The position numbers were made by a program, and so were the translations under genes. From positions 57,784,001 through 57,848,000 of the forward strand of contig NC_043003.1 of the NCBI RefSeq assembly GCF_006345805.1: 64,000 bases of DNA, in the 5' to 3' direction. Positions 12,115 through 24,707 of the stretch are shown here, in pieces; position 1 is the first letter of the stretch, and the number at the start of each line of letters is the position of its first letter. Under the pieces are notes generated by a model. The model saw nothing but the letters and a program-made list of their open reading frames with translations. It was not told the DNA's origin and made no database searches. Origin of the DNA: Octopus sinensis (Eukaryota).

Positions 12115-12600
12115 CATATCCTGTATGTGTGAGTTTGCAATGACAGGTGAAGCTAGGATATATTAATAAGCGAAGAGATGAGAGGAAGGAAGAGGAAGGA
12201 GCGGATGAAGCATCATAAAATTCTAATGCAGACAGACAGATACTAACTATATGGCGCTTGATCGAGGTAGATTAATGTCTATCAGAATAAGTGAGGCTGT
12301 TTTAATATGGCCAGACAGGTGTGCCAGCCAACACAGTACATACAATATATAGGTCTTTCTCTCTATCTCTCTCTCCCTCTCTCTCTCTCTCTCCCTCACC
12401 CTCTCTTTCTTCCTCCCCTTATCTATATCTATCTACATCTATCTATCTGTCTATGCATTTGAGTCAACATTGGAGCTTCTACATGGTCACTCAACCTGGT
12501 AGAAATAGCAGCCAAATTTTCCTCAAAACACACCTCGTTATCTTAAGTAAAAAAAAAGAAGACACATTGACTAATGTGGAGTTCAAGTTCTTTCAAGATA

Positions 12601-13000
12601 GGCTCAGGCGTGGCTGTGTGGTAAGAAGCTTGCTTCCTGACCACATAGTTCCGGGTTCAGTCCCACTGCGTCGCACCTTGGGCAAATGTCTTCTTCTATA
12701 GCCTCGGACAAACCAAAGCCTTGTGAGTGGATTTGGTTGATGGAAACTGAAAGAAGCCCATCATATATGTGTGTGTCTTTGTATCTGTGTTTGTTCCCCT
12801 CCACCATCACCACTTGCCAACCAGTGTTAACCAGTGTTGATGTGTTCATGTCCCCATAACTTTGCAGTTCAGCAAAAGTACCAATAGAATTAGTACCAGG
12901 CCCAAGAAATAAGTCCTGGGGTAGATTTGTTCAACTAAAACCCCTTAAAGGCAGTGCTCCAGCATGGCCACTGTCAATTGCCTGAAACAAGTAAAAGAAT
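12601..13000 (+). mobile_element. SINE-A, full length
   Basis: Head, body and gaaacaagtaaaagaat tail present. Confidence 0.9.
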
Positions 13001-13424
13001 AGGTTAAAAGTACGGAATTGATATAACTGTAGCATCTTTGATCATAAGTCGACTCGATCAGGGTTTATTTGCCTGGGGTTAAACAACAACAACAATCTGT
13101 TTATCTATTTTTCATATCTTGTGATGTCTTCTTGACAATATTAGTGACATGATGGCAGCAAATCGAAGAATTATGAAGGCAGAATATTTGCTCACGTTTA
13201 TCCTGGGTTTGTTTTCTTTCTTTTCAAATATGACATCCTGTCCTAAGATTATGGATTTCCAAAATGATCTTTTCGGAAGGATATAGCAGCTACATTGATC
13301 GTTTGATTGATTTCTTTACATCAGTATTTCTTAACAGTCTCACTACCCCCCCCACCACCACCACCACCACCACCTCCACCACCACCACCACCACTCCACA
13401 CACCCCTCACCCCAGCCCTATTCA

Positions 13425-13495
13425 TCAGGTGTGGTTGGTTGTGTGGTTAAGAAGCTTGCTTCCCGACCCCATGGTTCCTGGTTCAGTCTCACTGA
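13425..13495 (+). mobile_element. SINE-A head fragment
   Basis: gtgtggttaagaagcttgcttcccgaccccatggttcctggttcagtc. Confidence 0.75.
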
Positions 13496-13619
13496 GCAAT
13501 TATGTCCATCAGGGTTGGTTTACATATTCAGAGCAGAACTTCAACTGGACATCCACGGAGTCCAACAAAAGTTCTATTTCTACTCCCACTTCTCTCTCAC
13601 TATACTCCTACCACCACCT

Positions 13620-13634
13620 CTATCTATCTATCTA

Positions 13635-13675
<41 letters not shown>

Positions 13676-13684
13676 ATCTATCTA

Positions 13685-13725
<41 letters not shown>

Positions 13726-13814
13726 ATCTATCTAATCTATCTAATCTATCTTCCTATCTATCTATCTATCTAATCTATTCTATCTATCTACTATCTATCT
13801 ATCTATCTAATCTA

Positions 13815-13852
<38 letters not shown>

Positions 13853-13874
13853 TTATCTATTCTATCTAATCTAT

Positions 13875-13917
<43 letters not shown>

Positions 13918-13970
13918 ATCTATCTATCCAATCTATCTAATCTACCTATCTAATCTATCTAATCTATCTA

Positions 13971-14011
<41 letters not shown>

Positions 14012-14021
14012 ATCTAATCTA

Positions 14022-14081
<60 letters not shown>

Positions 14082-14131
14082 TCTATCTAATCTATCTATC
14101 TATCTATCTATCTAATCTATCTATCTATCTA

Positions 14132-14168
<37 letters not shown>

Positions 14169-14438
14169 ATCTATCTAATCTATCTAATCTATCTATCTAT
14201 CTATCTATCTATCTAATCTATCTAATCTGTCTAATCTGTCTATCTGTCTATCTGTCTATCAAATCTATCTAATCTATCTAATCTATCTAATCTATCTATC
14301 TATCTGTCTATCTAATCTATCTATCTAATCTATCTAATCTATCTAATCTATCTAATCTATCTAGCTATCTATCTATCTATCTAATCTATCTATCTAATCT
14401 ATCTAATCTATCTAATCTATCTATCTAATCTATCTATC
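13620..14438. repeat. About 820-bp (ATCT)n array with ATCTA and GTCT variant blocks
   Basis: Read directly from the sequence. Confidence 0.97.
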
Positions 14439-15423
14439 AAAGTACAGTCTATCACTCTCTCCCTCACATTTTAGCAAAACCTAAAGTAACCTAAAGCTGT
14501 ACCAGAACCAGTTTTCTGGAGGTTCTTCCTGTTTTTGCAAAAGGATCTTTAACTTGCTTTTGTGTTTACATCTGTGTACGCCTTTGTTTAAACATACCTT
14601 GTGTGTGTGTGCGTGTGTGTGCACGTACCATATGCTTGTGTGTGTTTTTGCGTGTGTTTATGCAATACTTGTATATGCGTGTGTTTGGATTTGTGTATGT
14701 ATGCTTTTTCCTATGTATGTATGTATATGTATAAATGTGTCTGTATATGTTCCAGTGTTTGGTGCTTGTACATAATGTGTATGTGTTTATGCACCTGTGT
14801 CTGATCTGTATGTATGTATGTATGTGGTTGTTGCCTTTTTTTTTTGTATTTTTCTTATTTTTTTCTTAAGACAGAAGACATTTCTTTCTTTTCTTTCTTT
14901 GCTTTTTTTTTTCAAGAGAAACGAAAACAACACAAAAAAAAAAACCGTTTCAGTATCTTTGCTAACCAGAAGTCCACCTAACTCTCTCCATCTCTCTTTC
15001 CATACATAGACGTACACACACACACTCACACACACACACTCACTCACACACACACACATACACACACACACACACACTCACACACACACACACACACACA
15101 CATGCAAACACACACACACATTCTGAATATAGCCTGCAGATGCGAACATTGCTAAAAAGCAGTTCCACAGATGCAAAAGACTCCACACACACACACACAC
15201 ACACACACCACACACACACCGAACAACAAAAACAAATCTAGTCGATTTGTTTTTACTTTGTATCTCATTAGTAGACCGATTATAGTTATTGTTGTTGGAA
15301 CTTTTGCCCTGGTTGTTGGTGTTATTTATATTTATTTTTACTGGAGAGGAGGGTGGAGTATTTTTAATGTTTTTCATGACTTTTTTTTTTATATTTTGTT
15401 ATTATTTTCTTTAGCTCATATCA

Positions 15424-15470
<47 letters not shown>

Positions 15471-15619
15471 TCTTCGTTCCTGATCCTAAAGTTTAAATTC
15501 ATTTACTGCTATTGTGATAACTTCTCTCCTTTTTGTCTAGAGATCTAGAAATTGTCCTTTGTATTATATTATATGCATATATACTTGTATGTGTGTGTGT
15601 GTGTGTGTGTGTAAGTATG

Positions 15620-15650
<31 letters not shown>

Positions 15651-16196
15651 GTATGTATGGGTTTATGTAATTATGCATGTGTGTGTGTCTGTATATATGT
15701 GTGGATGTGACTATCTATGTGTGTATGTGTGTGTGTATATATAAATGTGTGTGTGTGTCTGCATATATATACATGTATATATATATATGTGTGTCTGTAT
15801 ATGTATTTATGTGTGTGTGTGTGTATATATATATAAGCATTTTGATAATTGATGTTGCATAAGGGAGGCTGGAGTGAGGGTTATTTTAAAATTCTTTTCA
15901 AAAGCAAAGGGTAGATAAAAGAACAAAGAAAAAAACCCCCACATAAATACAGAAATTAAATGGAAAAAGACAGAGAAGGTCTGCCCTCCTCCACCTTCCC
16001 CTTCTTGTCCAACACCCACCACCCACCCACACACCCACCTTGACCCACCTCCTACCAAAAACCCCAACAGTTTTTCATTTATTCCTATTTAATTTTAAAC
16101 AAATCTGATATTCAGTTTACAAAGATATTATATATTATATATGTGTGTGTGTGTGTGTGTGTAACACTGAAATATATATTGCTCTGATTCTGCTTG

Positions 16197-16236
<40 letters not shown>

Positions 16237-17325
16237 ATGCATAAATACTTAAACACATAATGCACTCTCTCTCTATGTGTGTATGTATGTATGTATGTTT
16301 GCATATATATGTGAGTGTGTGTGTATATATATATATATATTTATACATATGTGTGTATATATATTATTTATATCTGTGTGTGTGTAAATATATATATGTC
16401 TTGGTGTGTGTGTGTGTGTGTGTAATATACATATATATAGGTGTGTGTGTATATATATATATATATATATTTATATATGTGTGTGTGTATATATATATAT
16501 TTATATATGTGTATGTCTATATATCTATTATCTATTTAGTATGTGTATGTATATATATATATATATTTATTTATATATGTGTATGTATATATATACATAT
16601 ATTTATTTATATATGTGTGTGTATATATACCTATATTTTTATATGTGTGATGCTAAAAATCAATTGCTTAAACCACCAGAATAAGAATATAGGCATAAAA
16701 GATTAACTGTATTTATGTATATTTTGAGGTGAGAGAGAAAGAGAGAGAGAGAGAGAATCTATCAGACTCTCTCTCTCTCTTTCACTCTCTAATAGACCTT
16801 TGTGATGATGATGATGATGATGATGATAGTGGTGGTGGTGATGGCGCTACTGGGTTGTGGTTGAAGTAGAATGAGAGCCGAGACAATAAAATGACAGCCT
16901 CAATCTCCAAGATACAAGAATATGATAATTCTTCTATTTGAAGCCATTTCTATTTTGACTGCTTTTTTTCTCTTGATATTTATCTTTTTAATGGCTTGTC
17001 TTTTTCTTACCTTTTTCTTGCTTCCTCCAGGACCCTCCTCGCCAACACCTACACCACTACCACCACCACCACCACCACCACCACCACCACCAGTTCCACA
17101 TCTCTATTACAAATCCCCCCCACTGCTGTGTGACCCCTTACATCTTACCTATTCTATTTTTCCCTTCGTTTTTTTTTTATGTATATTATTTATATATATA
17201 TTTTTTCTTCTCACCACCCACTCCTTTACTGCCTCCCCCCACCCCCCACAATTCCCCCCTCTATTTCAGAAAACTAATTTACTTCATACTTATTTATTTC
17301 TGATTCTGTATCACAGTGGTGGTGG

Positions 17326-17366
<41 letters not shown>

Positions 17367-18446
17367 TAATAATAATAACAATGATAATAATAATATGAAA
17401 GTGAGAGATAAGGGAAGAAAATCAAAGTAATGTTGATATTTTTTGTTCTTTTTCTTGATGTTCTGTTGTTGTTGGTGTTGTTGTTGTTGCAGCCATCTTT
17501 GATTTTTTTTCCATAACAACAACAACAACAACAATAACTAGATCAACTCTTAACCTAGCCTCCACTACTGCCAGCTATACACAGCCACGTATTGGAGCCA
17601 ATACACCACCACCCCCACCACCATTGTCGCTTACCATCGCTGCAATAACTGACGCGATCATCTCATGCAACTACCATCCCCACCGCCCCTATGATGGCCA
17701 TCATCAGTGCCAAACGCAGCAAGCACCTGCCCTGCCCTGCCCCACTGTCGTCCCCAATGGCACAGTCGACACCATCAACATCACCGCAATAACAATCTCT
17801 GAAACAGCCACCAGCACAACCACCAAACGCAAACACCACCACCACTGCCATCAACACCATCACAACCAACTCCAGTACCACCACCTCCACCACCATCACC
17901 AACACAACCACCACCATCCAACACAGCCATCACTAATACCTTCACCACCGCCATCAATACAGCTACCACCACTGTGAACACAACCACCGCCAACATCACC
18001 AAAAATAACATGGCCATGCTCTCCATGACAGATACCATCAGTACCCAACACAGCAGCCACCATCTGCGACGCCAACTCCACCATCCCAACTAACACAGAC
18101 GCTATTATTACCAACACCTCCACCACCAACACCACCACCAACACAACCATTTAAGTATAACCCCACCTCCACCACCACCACCTGTTTCCAACATAGTAAC
18201 ATCTGCAATTATTTTCTCTATGTCCAGGGAAAATACAAGAAAGTAGTTGATGTGTCTTTTATTTGAAATATTCATTTTTATTTCATATTTTTCTGTTCTG
18301 TGTCCATCATTTTGATGTTTTGCTCTGTCTTAATAAACGTATTCATTCTCTTTAGGGTAGGAAGGTAAATCTCAGAGGATCAGTGCTTACTTATAGCTGT
18401 TTTAAAGGGGCTGATTTTTGTTTTTTTTTTATACAGAGTTTATAAT

Positions 18447-18682
18447 AAGGTGTGTGGCTCAGTGGTTAGAGTGTCAGGATCACAATCATGAGGTTGTTAG
18501 TTCGATTACTGGACCGGGCTGTGTGTTGTCCTCTTGAGCAAGACACTTTATTTCATGTTGCTCCAATTCATCAATACTGCCAAGCTGTATCGACCTTTAC
18601 TTTTCCCCTGGACTTGTGCCTCAGAGATTAACTTTGCAGGTGCAATCCCATTGTTATTCATGACTAAAGAATATCTTTACCC
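18447..18682 (+). mobile_element. SINE-B (CORE-type) with internal deletions
   Basis: tggctcagtggttagagtgtc...gagcaagacactttatttcatgttgctcc...gccaagctgtatcgacc. Confidence 0.85.
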
Positions 18683-18697
18683 TTATTATTATTATTA

Positions 18698-18749
<52 letters not shown>

Positions 18750-19301
18750 GAGTGAGAGAGCAGTACCTGCCATCAAAGTGACACTGGAGTAAAATATACG
18801 AAGCCCAGTATACCCATCATGACTACCCGTCTGATAAGTGTACACTAGGCACATGCATCACAACCATGTGTGCACAACATGATGATCTCATATCAAGATA
18901 AATAGTACATGACCTTGCAGGTGGGGCCCAGTTAGAATTTTTTTCTGGTCGAGTAGCTCATCCTGCTCAAAGGGTCCCTGAATAAAGGTTGTTTAAGGAT
19001 GTTGAATGAACCACCCATGTTTCCAAAGGTGAATTATCCAAACCTCTAAGAATTCCTTTCAACACATGGCTATGATGCTCCCCTACTGTTTCTGCTCATG
19101 ATCAAAGATGCACATATCGTCATCAGCGACCAAGGGACATGCTCAACTGGTTAAGGTCAAACAACCGACAATCAAATCTGTGGTATTGAGCAGAATATTT
19201 GCTGTAGCCCATCTTTTATACCAAGACAAAACAATGTACACGATAACACTTCCAATCAGTTAAGATCAGAAGCCACGAGAGCCACTGCCAGGTACAGCAT
19301 C
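18750..19301 (-). mobile_element. About 550-bp non-coding interspersed repeat (family G) with (TAA)n tail
   Basis: Its head region recurs at 27342-27482 (same strand) and 46640-46735 (opposite strand). It ends ...ctctctcactc(AAT)n against the 18683-18749 triplet tract. No tRNA head is seen. Confidence 0.7.
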
Positions 19302-19740
19302 TATTATCATTATTATTATTTTTTTTTTCTTCTTTCAAATTTGCTTCCATTTCTTGCCGAGTGTCTTCCCGACTCCTAGGGCAAAGAAACTCATAGTATA
19401 CATTGGTAGGCCATTAAACCAAACTCAATAGTTCGTTCATTTTGTAATTTAAAAAAAATTTTTTTTAAGTTAAATTAAAATACATGAGCAGCAACAGTTC
19501 TCACATCGACAATGCTCTTCTCAATACGTGTGATGTACCAGTTAAGACAATCTTTTGCACTTCTTGCAGGGATGGTAAGCCAGGGATCATTCTCATATAA
19601 TTTTCGGTTCCCTTCTTGATCATTCCTAATGCTCCTACGATCACTGGTATTGTAACCGCCTTGAGATGCCACATTTTCTCAATTTCAATGAGTAGGTCTT
19701 TATATTTTCAGTAGGTCTTTATATTTTCAGTAGGTCTTTA

Positions 19741-19741
<1 letters not shown>
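19302..19741 (-). mobile_element. 5'-truncated R4/Dong-clade non-LTR retrotransposon (C-terminus of restriction-like endonuclease, 3'UTR, A/(TAA)n tail)
   Basis: Frame 19707->19501 gives KYKDLLIEIEKMWHLKAVTIPVIVGALGMIKKGTENYMRMIPGLPSLQEVQKIVLTGTSHVLRRALSM*, matching the KYxDL..EI..W...PvvvGalG...Qk.vl.gt..ilRr.L pattern of R4/Dong ORF ends. About 180 bp of 3'UTR ends in A10(TAA)n, and (AAT)n flanks both sides. Confidence 0.85.
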
Positions 19742-19796
<55 letters not shown>

Positions 19797-19803
19797 TTTA
19801 TTT

Positions 19804-19835
<32 letters not shown>

Positions 19836-20153
19836 CCTGTAGCATTTGTAAGTTACATCAGAGGATATTTTAGTTCAAATTCAATATTTGTCTCTTCTAA
19901 AATCTTTTACTTACTAGTCATTGCTCTTAATCTAAATTGCCACTTGTAGTAGAGTCTCTTGCTGGTGTTGTTGTTGTTGTTGTTTTTTTCTTTATTTTAT
20001 TTTTGTTATATTTCTTACATTATTTATTTGTTTATTTATTTACCTTTTTTCTTTTTCTGAAAACATGAAAGAAGCGATTGGACAACCTCAACTTAATTAA
20101 AACATTGACTGACAAGCCAAGCAGTCTTCTTTATACAGTATGTCTGTGTGTGT

Positions 20154-20184
<31 letters not shown>

Positions 20185-20988
20185 TTTGATACAGATACAC
20201 ATACATATACACACACATGCACACACATTTACAGATAGAAATAGGAAGAGAAGTGTATACACACCCAGAAAAAGAGAGAAGTGTGTGTATGTATATATAC
20301 TTATATACATAACATATGTAATATACATATATCCATTTTATGTGTGTGTGTGTATACATGCATATACATATATATACACATATATGCATGATATATTTAT
20401 ACACGCACACATATGTGTGTATATACTATATATACATACATACATATATATATATATACACACACACATACAGAAATACATATATTTGTGTGCATATGTA
20501 TATATTTTGTGAATAAGTATACATGTGTGTGTGTGTGTATTGATATATATATATGGGGGGGAACAGGTGTGTATGTATGTATACATTGTGTGTGTGTGTG
20601 TGTGTCTGTGTGAAAAGGAGATAAGAGAAGGGAGGAACGATTTAAATAATTAAATTTCAGTGATATTAAAAATGTAGAAAAAGAGACTTTGTTAACAATA
20701 TGTAAATTGACAGGCTTTGTGAGATGAAATGTTTGTGTTAAAGTTTTTAAGGTTCTTCTTCTCTATTGTAACACCGAATGTGTGTGGGAACATGTGCGCT
20801 AGTGTGTGAGAGTATGCCTGCCAGTGTATGTGTGCGTGTGTGTGTGTGTGTGTGTTTGCGTGTGTGTTTTGAAATTAAAAGAAAATTTGGTCAACATTTC
20901 CCTCCTGTTTTGGGGTTTCTCTTACCACTTCTGAATTACCTACAATTGTAATGTGATTTTGAGTGCTGTTGTGGTATTGGTGGTGGTG

Positions 20989-21031
<43 letters not shown>

Positions 21032-21066
21032 CAGTAGCAGCAGCAGCAGTAGTAGTAGTAGTAGTA

Positions 21067-21068
<2 letters not shown>

Positions 21069-21101
<33 letters not shown>

Positions 21102-21318
21102 CCTTTCTACTATAGGCTCAAGGCCTGAAATTTGGCAGGGAGGGGGACTAGTTGATTACATCGACCCCAGTGTTTCACTGATACTTAATTTTTCGACCCC
21201 CGAAAGGATGAAAGGCGAAGTCGACCTTGGCAGAATTTGAACTCTGAATGTAGCGGCAGATGAAACACTGTTAAGTATTTTGCCCGGCACACTAACGATT
21301 CTGCCAGCTCCCTGCCTT
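21069..21318 (-). mobile_element. SINE-D (tRNA head, gtcgactt-gcctttcatcctttcggggtcga central motif, (ATT)n tail)
   Basis: Full element on the minus strand. The central motif resembles the Sauria/Ceph-SINE motif as recalled (unverified). Confidence 0.85.
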
Positions 21319-21519
21319 TCAATAACAATAATGATAATTCTTTCAACAATTAGCATAAGTTGTGTGTGTGTGTGTGTGTGTGTATACATTTATGTATGTA
21401 TATATGTGTGTGTGTGTGTGTGTTTGATTTGTCTCCCCTCCCCACACTTACAGTCCCTGTTGGTTTGCTTATATCCCTGTAACTTAGCAGTTCGGCAAGA
21501 GAAACTAATAGATTAACTC

Positions 21520-21650
21520 TTTTACTCTTTTTACTCTTTTACTTGTTTCAGTCATTTGACTGCAGCCATGCTGGAGCACCGCCTTTAGTTGAGCAAATCG
21601 ACCCCGGGACTTATTCTTTGTAAGCCCAGTACTTATTCTATCGGTCTCAG
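21520..21650 (-). mobile_element. SINE-A 3' end
   Basis: Tail ctcttttactctttttacttgtttcagtcatttgactgcagccatgctggagc. A + strand SINE-A mid fragment lies just upstream (about 21360-21515), and an old 5' half at 21745-21905 (-). Confidence 0.88.
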
Positions 21651-22152
21651 AATTTTTTTGAAAATAACAACTGGAGTTGATCTATTTGACGAAAGCCGTT
21701 CCAGGCAGTCCCTCAGCATGGTGGAGGTAGGACATAGACACATATGACAGGCTTCGACACAGTTTCTGTCTACTAAACTCCCAAGGCATTGATAAGTCCA
21801 GGGTTGCAGCAGAAGACGCTCTCCCAAGGTGTGCAACACACTGGGATCGACCCCCCCCCCCCAGAACCACATAGTTGCAAAGCAAGCGTCTTATCCACAC
21901 ACAGTCATATCTACATTTATAGCTATTTTGACTGTTATTTCTAGCTGGTCAAGTGCTCGTTCTGTCTCTCCCGTTTCCTGTTGCTGTCCTGGCTACTCAG
22001 GTTAAAAAAAAAACCAAAAAAAAAAACACGTGAAATCAATAACAAAGCGAAAACCAAAAATAAACAATGGCTCTGATTAATTCCTAAAACGTTTCTTTCT
22101 TCTCAGATTGGGCAGAATGGACTCCGTGCATGCAAGTATGCATGTGTGTGCG

Positions 22153-22198
<46 letters not shown>

Positions 22199-23020
22199 TG
22201 TGTGTACATGTGCATGTGTTGTTACTAAAGAAAATGGTACATGGAGGAAGGGGTGATCTATTATTTAAAAAATAAATAATTAAATGAGTGTCTGAGGAGA
22301 GTGTGCACGTGCGTGTGTCTTTATGTGTGTGTGTTTGTATATGTGTGTATAGTTGTGTGTGTGCATCTGTTTGTTTGTGTGTGTGTGTGTGTGTTTGTAT
22401 GTGTGCATCTGTGTCTGTGAGTGTTTTTTCTATGTGTGTATTTGTGTGTGTGTGTGTGTGTGGTGTGTGTGTGTGTGTGTCATGTAAGTGGTTGATAGTC
22501 TTAAGAGTCTTGTGGACAGAGGAAAAGTGTAGTAGTCATGTTATTTTCTTTGAAAAAATAAAACCATCTGCTTTCTCATCCTCTGTGAATGCATCACCAT
22601 TCCATGCCGCCACTACCACCACTCACCAGACTGAGCCACCACACCCCAACATCACCCCCACATCATTCCATCTTTGCCTTCAAGCCATTCTTCAACCACA
22701 ACCCTCAAAACTGTTCTGTCTCCAGGCCATTTTTTTGTTGGCCACCATCACCATCACCATCACCATCGCCAGCTCTCTCCTGCAAATCATTCCTCCCTCT
22801 GGACACCTTGCCATCCCCCCCCCGCTTCAAACAGTTCTCCACTACCACCATCAACAACAACACATCACTGTCTCCAAACAATTATCTCCCCCCCGCCCAT
22901 ATTCTTCCAGCCATTCCCCCACCATTACCACCACCACCACCACTATCACAATCCTCAAAAGTCCCAAGTTTTTCAGTTTCTTGTCAATCCTGATGATTTT
23001 GATTTATTTATTGATTGCAT

Positions 23021-23197
23021 AGGCATAGGAGTGGCTGTGTGGTAAGTAGCTTGCTTGCCAACCACATGGTTCCGGGTTCAGTCCCACTATGTAGCATCTT
23101 GGGCAAGTATCTTCTAATATAGTCTCGGGCCCACCAAAGCCTTATGAGTGGATTTGGTAGACAGAAAGTGAAAGAAGCCCATTGTATATATGTGTGT

Positions 23198-23237
<40 letters not shown>

Positions 23238-23398
23238 ATATGTTTGAGTGTCTGTGTTTGTCCCCCCAACATCGCTTGACAACCGATGCTGGTGTGTTTA
23301 CATCCCCGTAACTTAGCGGTTTGGCAAAAGAGACCTATAGAATAAGTACTAGGTTTACAAAGAATAAGTCCTGGAGTCAATTTGCTCGACTAAAGGCG
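23021..23398 (+). mobile_element. SINE-A lacking its 3' tail
   Basis: Full head and body; stops at ctaaaggcg. Confidence 0.92.
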
Positions 23399-23493
23399 TT
23401 GTTGTTGTTAGTGTTCAGGTCACTGCTTGGAATCGAACTCAGAATCTTGGGGTTAGTAGACTGTACTCTTTACCATGCTATATGCCCGTGGGC
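23399..23493 (-). mobile_element. Short tRNA-like retroposon with (AAC)n tail
   Basis: Minus strand gggcatatagcatggtaaagagtacagtctactaaccccaagattctgagttcgattccaagcagtgacctgaacactaacaacaac, with A-box and GTTCGATTCC B-box. Confidence 0.7.
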
Positions 23494-23820
23494 TAACACT
23501 GATGTTACAGTTAGCTTGCCTGCTGAATAAAAATTCATTATGCAACACAAAAAGTATTAGTTGAAAATGGCAATTTGTGTCTCATACTTAAAGCATGTAC
23601 ATCATAGAAAGCTTTAAAGTAATGTTTTAAGCGTGACTTTGCGGTCTGTTAAATATCTGACTACCACACCTTAATACAGCTTACATACAATCAGAAAGAT
23701 ATGAGACTTCACCTTGTTTGTCAGTTTTATACTTTCACTATATTCATATGCTTGTAGTTTTTGAGGTTGTTGTCATTTAGCCCAGATTAACCCTGACTCA
23801 ATAAACTAAATAAATCTATC

Positions 23821-24375
23821 TTAAACCTAAAGCATTCAGATTACCCTGTCAAATGTATAATGCTTGTCTATTTACATTGTTTTGAATTAATCATGCTTCC
23901 CAGTCACGTGGTTTTGGGTTCAATCCCACTGTGTGGCACCTAGAGCAAGTGTCTTCTTCTATACCCTTGGGCCGACCAAAGCCTTGTGAGTGGATTTGGT
24001 TGGCCAAATCTGATGGAGACTGAAAAAAAGCCTTTATATATATATATATATATCTGTGTGTCTGTCTGTCTTTGTTCTTCCACCTTCGCTTGATAACCAA
24101 TGCTGGTGTGTTTATGTCCTTATAACTTAGCTGTTCAGCAGTAGACACCAATAGAATAAGTACTAGGCTTACAACGAATAAGTCCTGGGGTTGATTTCTT
24201 CGACTAACACCCTTTAAAGCAGTGCTCCAGCATGGCCGCAGTCAAATGACTGAAACAAGTAAAAGAATAAAAGAATATTTGGTAGTTTCAAGACTTCAAC
24301 GAGTGGATTGTTTATTTTCAGAACGACATTGTAGAGTAGGTGTGAGAGACCAGATCTGGTCAGTTTGAACATAAT
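23821..24375 (+). mobile_element. piggyBac-like MITE split by a SINE-A insertion (23894-24276)
   Basis: The left arm ttaaacctaaagcattcagattacc...gaattaatcatgc resumes after the SINE as tggtagtttcaag...gacattgtagagtaggtgtgagag. The joined arms are colinear with the uninterrupted copy at 2940-3157. Confidence 0.75.
23894..24276 (+). mobile_element. SINE-A, slightly 5'-truncated, nested in MITE
   Basis: B-box gggttcaatccc through the gaaacaagtaaaagaataaaagaat tail. Confidence 0.9.
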
Positions 24376-24675
24376 ATATCTCATAACCAGACTGGTTATG
24401 AGAGAGATTATAGAATTTGTCTACAAATTGCCATCTAATCTCAGCCGACTGAGAGGGCCACAGGTTTTAGCGCTAATACCCATGTGGTTATATAGATTGT
24501 GAAATAGTGTAGCAGCAGCAGTGGTGGCGGCGGAGGGGGGTAGTAGTAGTAGTATTAGTAGTAGTAATAGTGTAGTTAAGTGGTGGTGGTGGTGGTGATG
24601 GTAGTAGTAGTGGTGTTGGTGGTGATGGTGGCAGTAGTAGTAGTCGTGCTAGTAGTAGTGGTGGCAGCGGTGGTG

Positions 24676-24707
<32 letters not shown>

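Noticed and set aside
15228-15254. 11-bp inverted repeat aaaaacaaatc/gatttgttttt
   Set aside because: Low-complexity A/T arms; expected by chance in this composition.
19095-19140. Minus-strand CTGATGA...GAAAC in family G as a hammerhead
   Set aside because: The intervening sequence does not form stem II, and stems I and III are absent.
19475-19672. ORF MASQGG...VAAHVF as a small gene
   Set aside because: It is an alternative frame of the Dong/R4 fragment; the overlapping frame 19707-19501 carries the recognisable retrotransposon motif.
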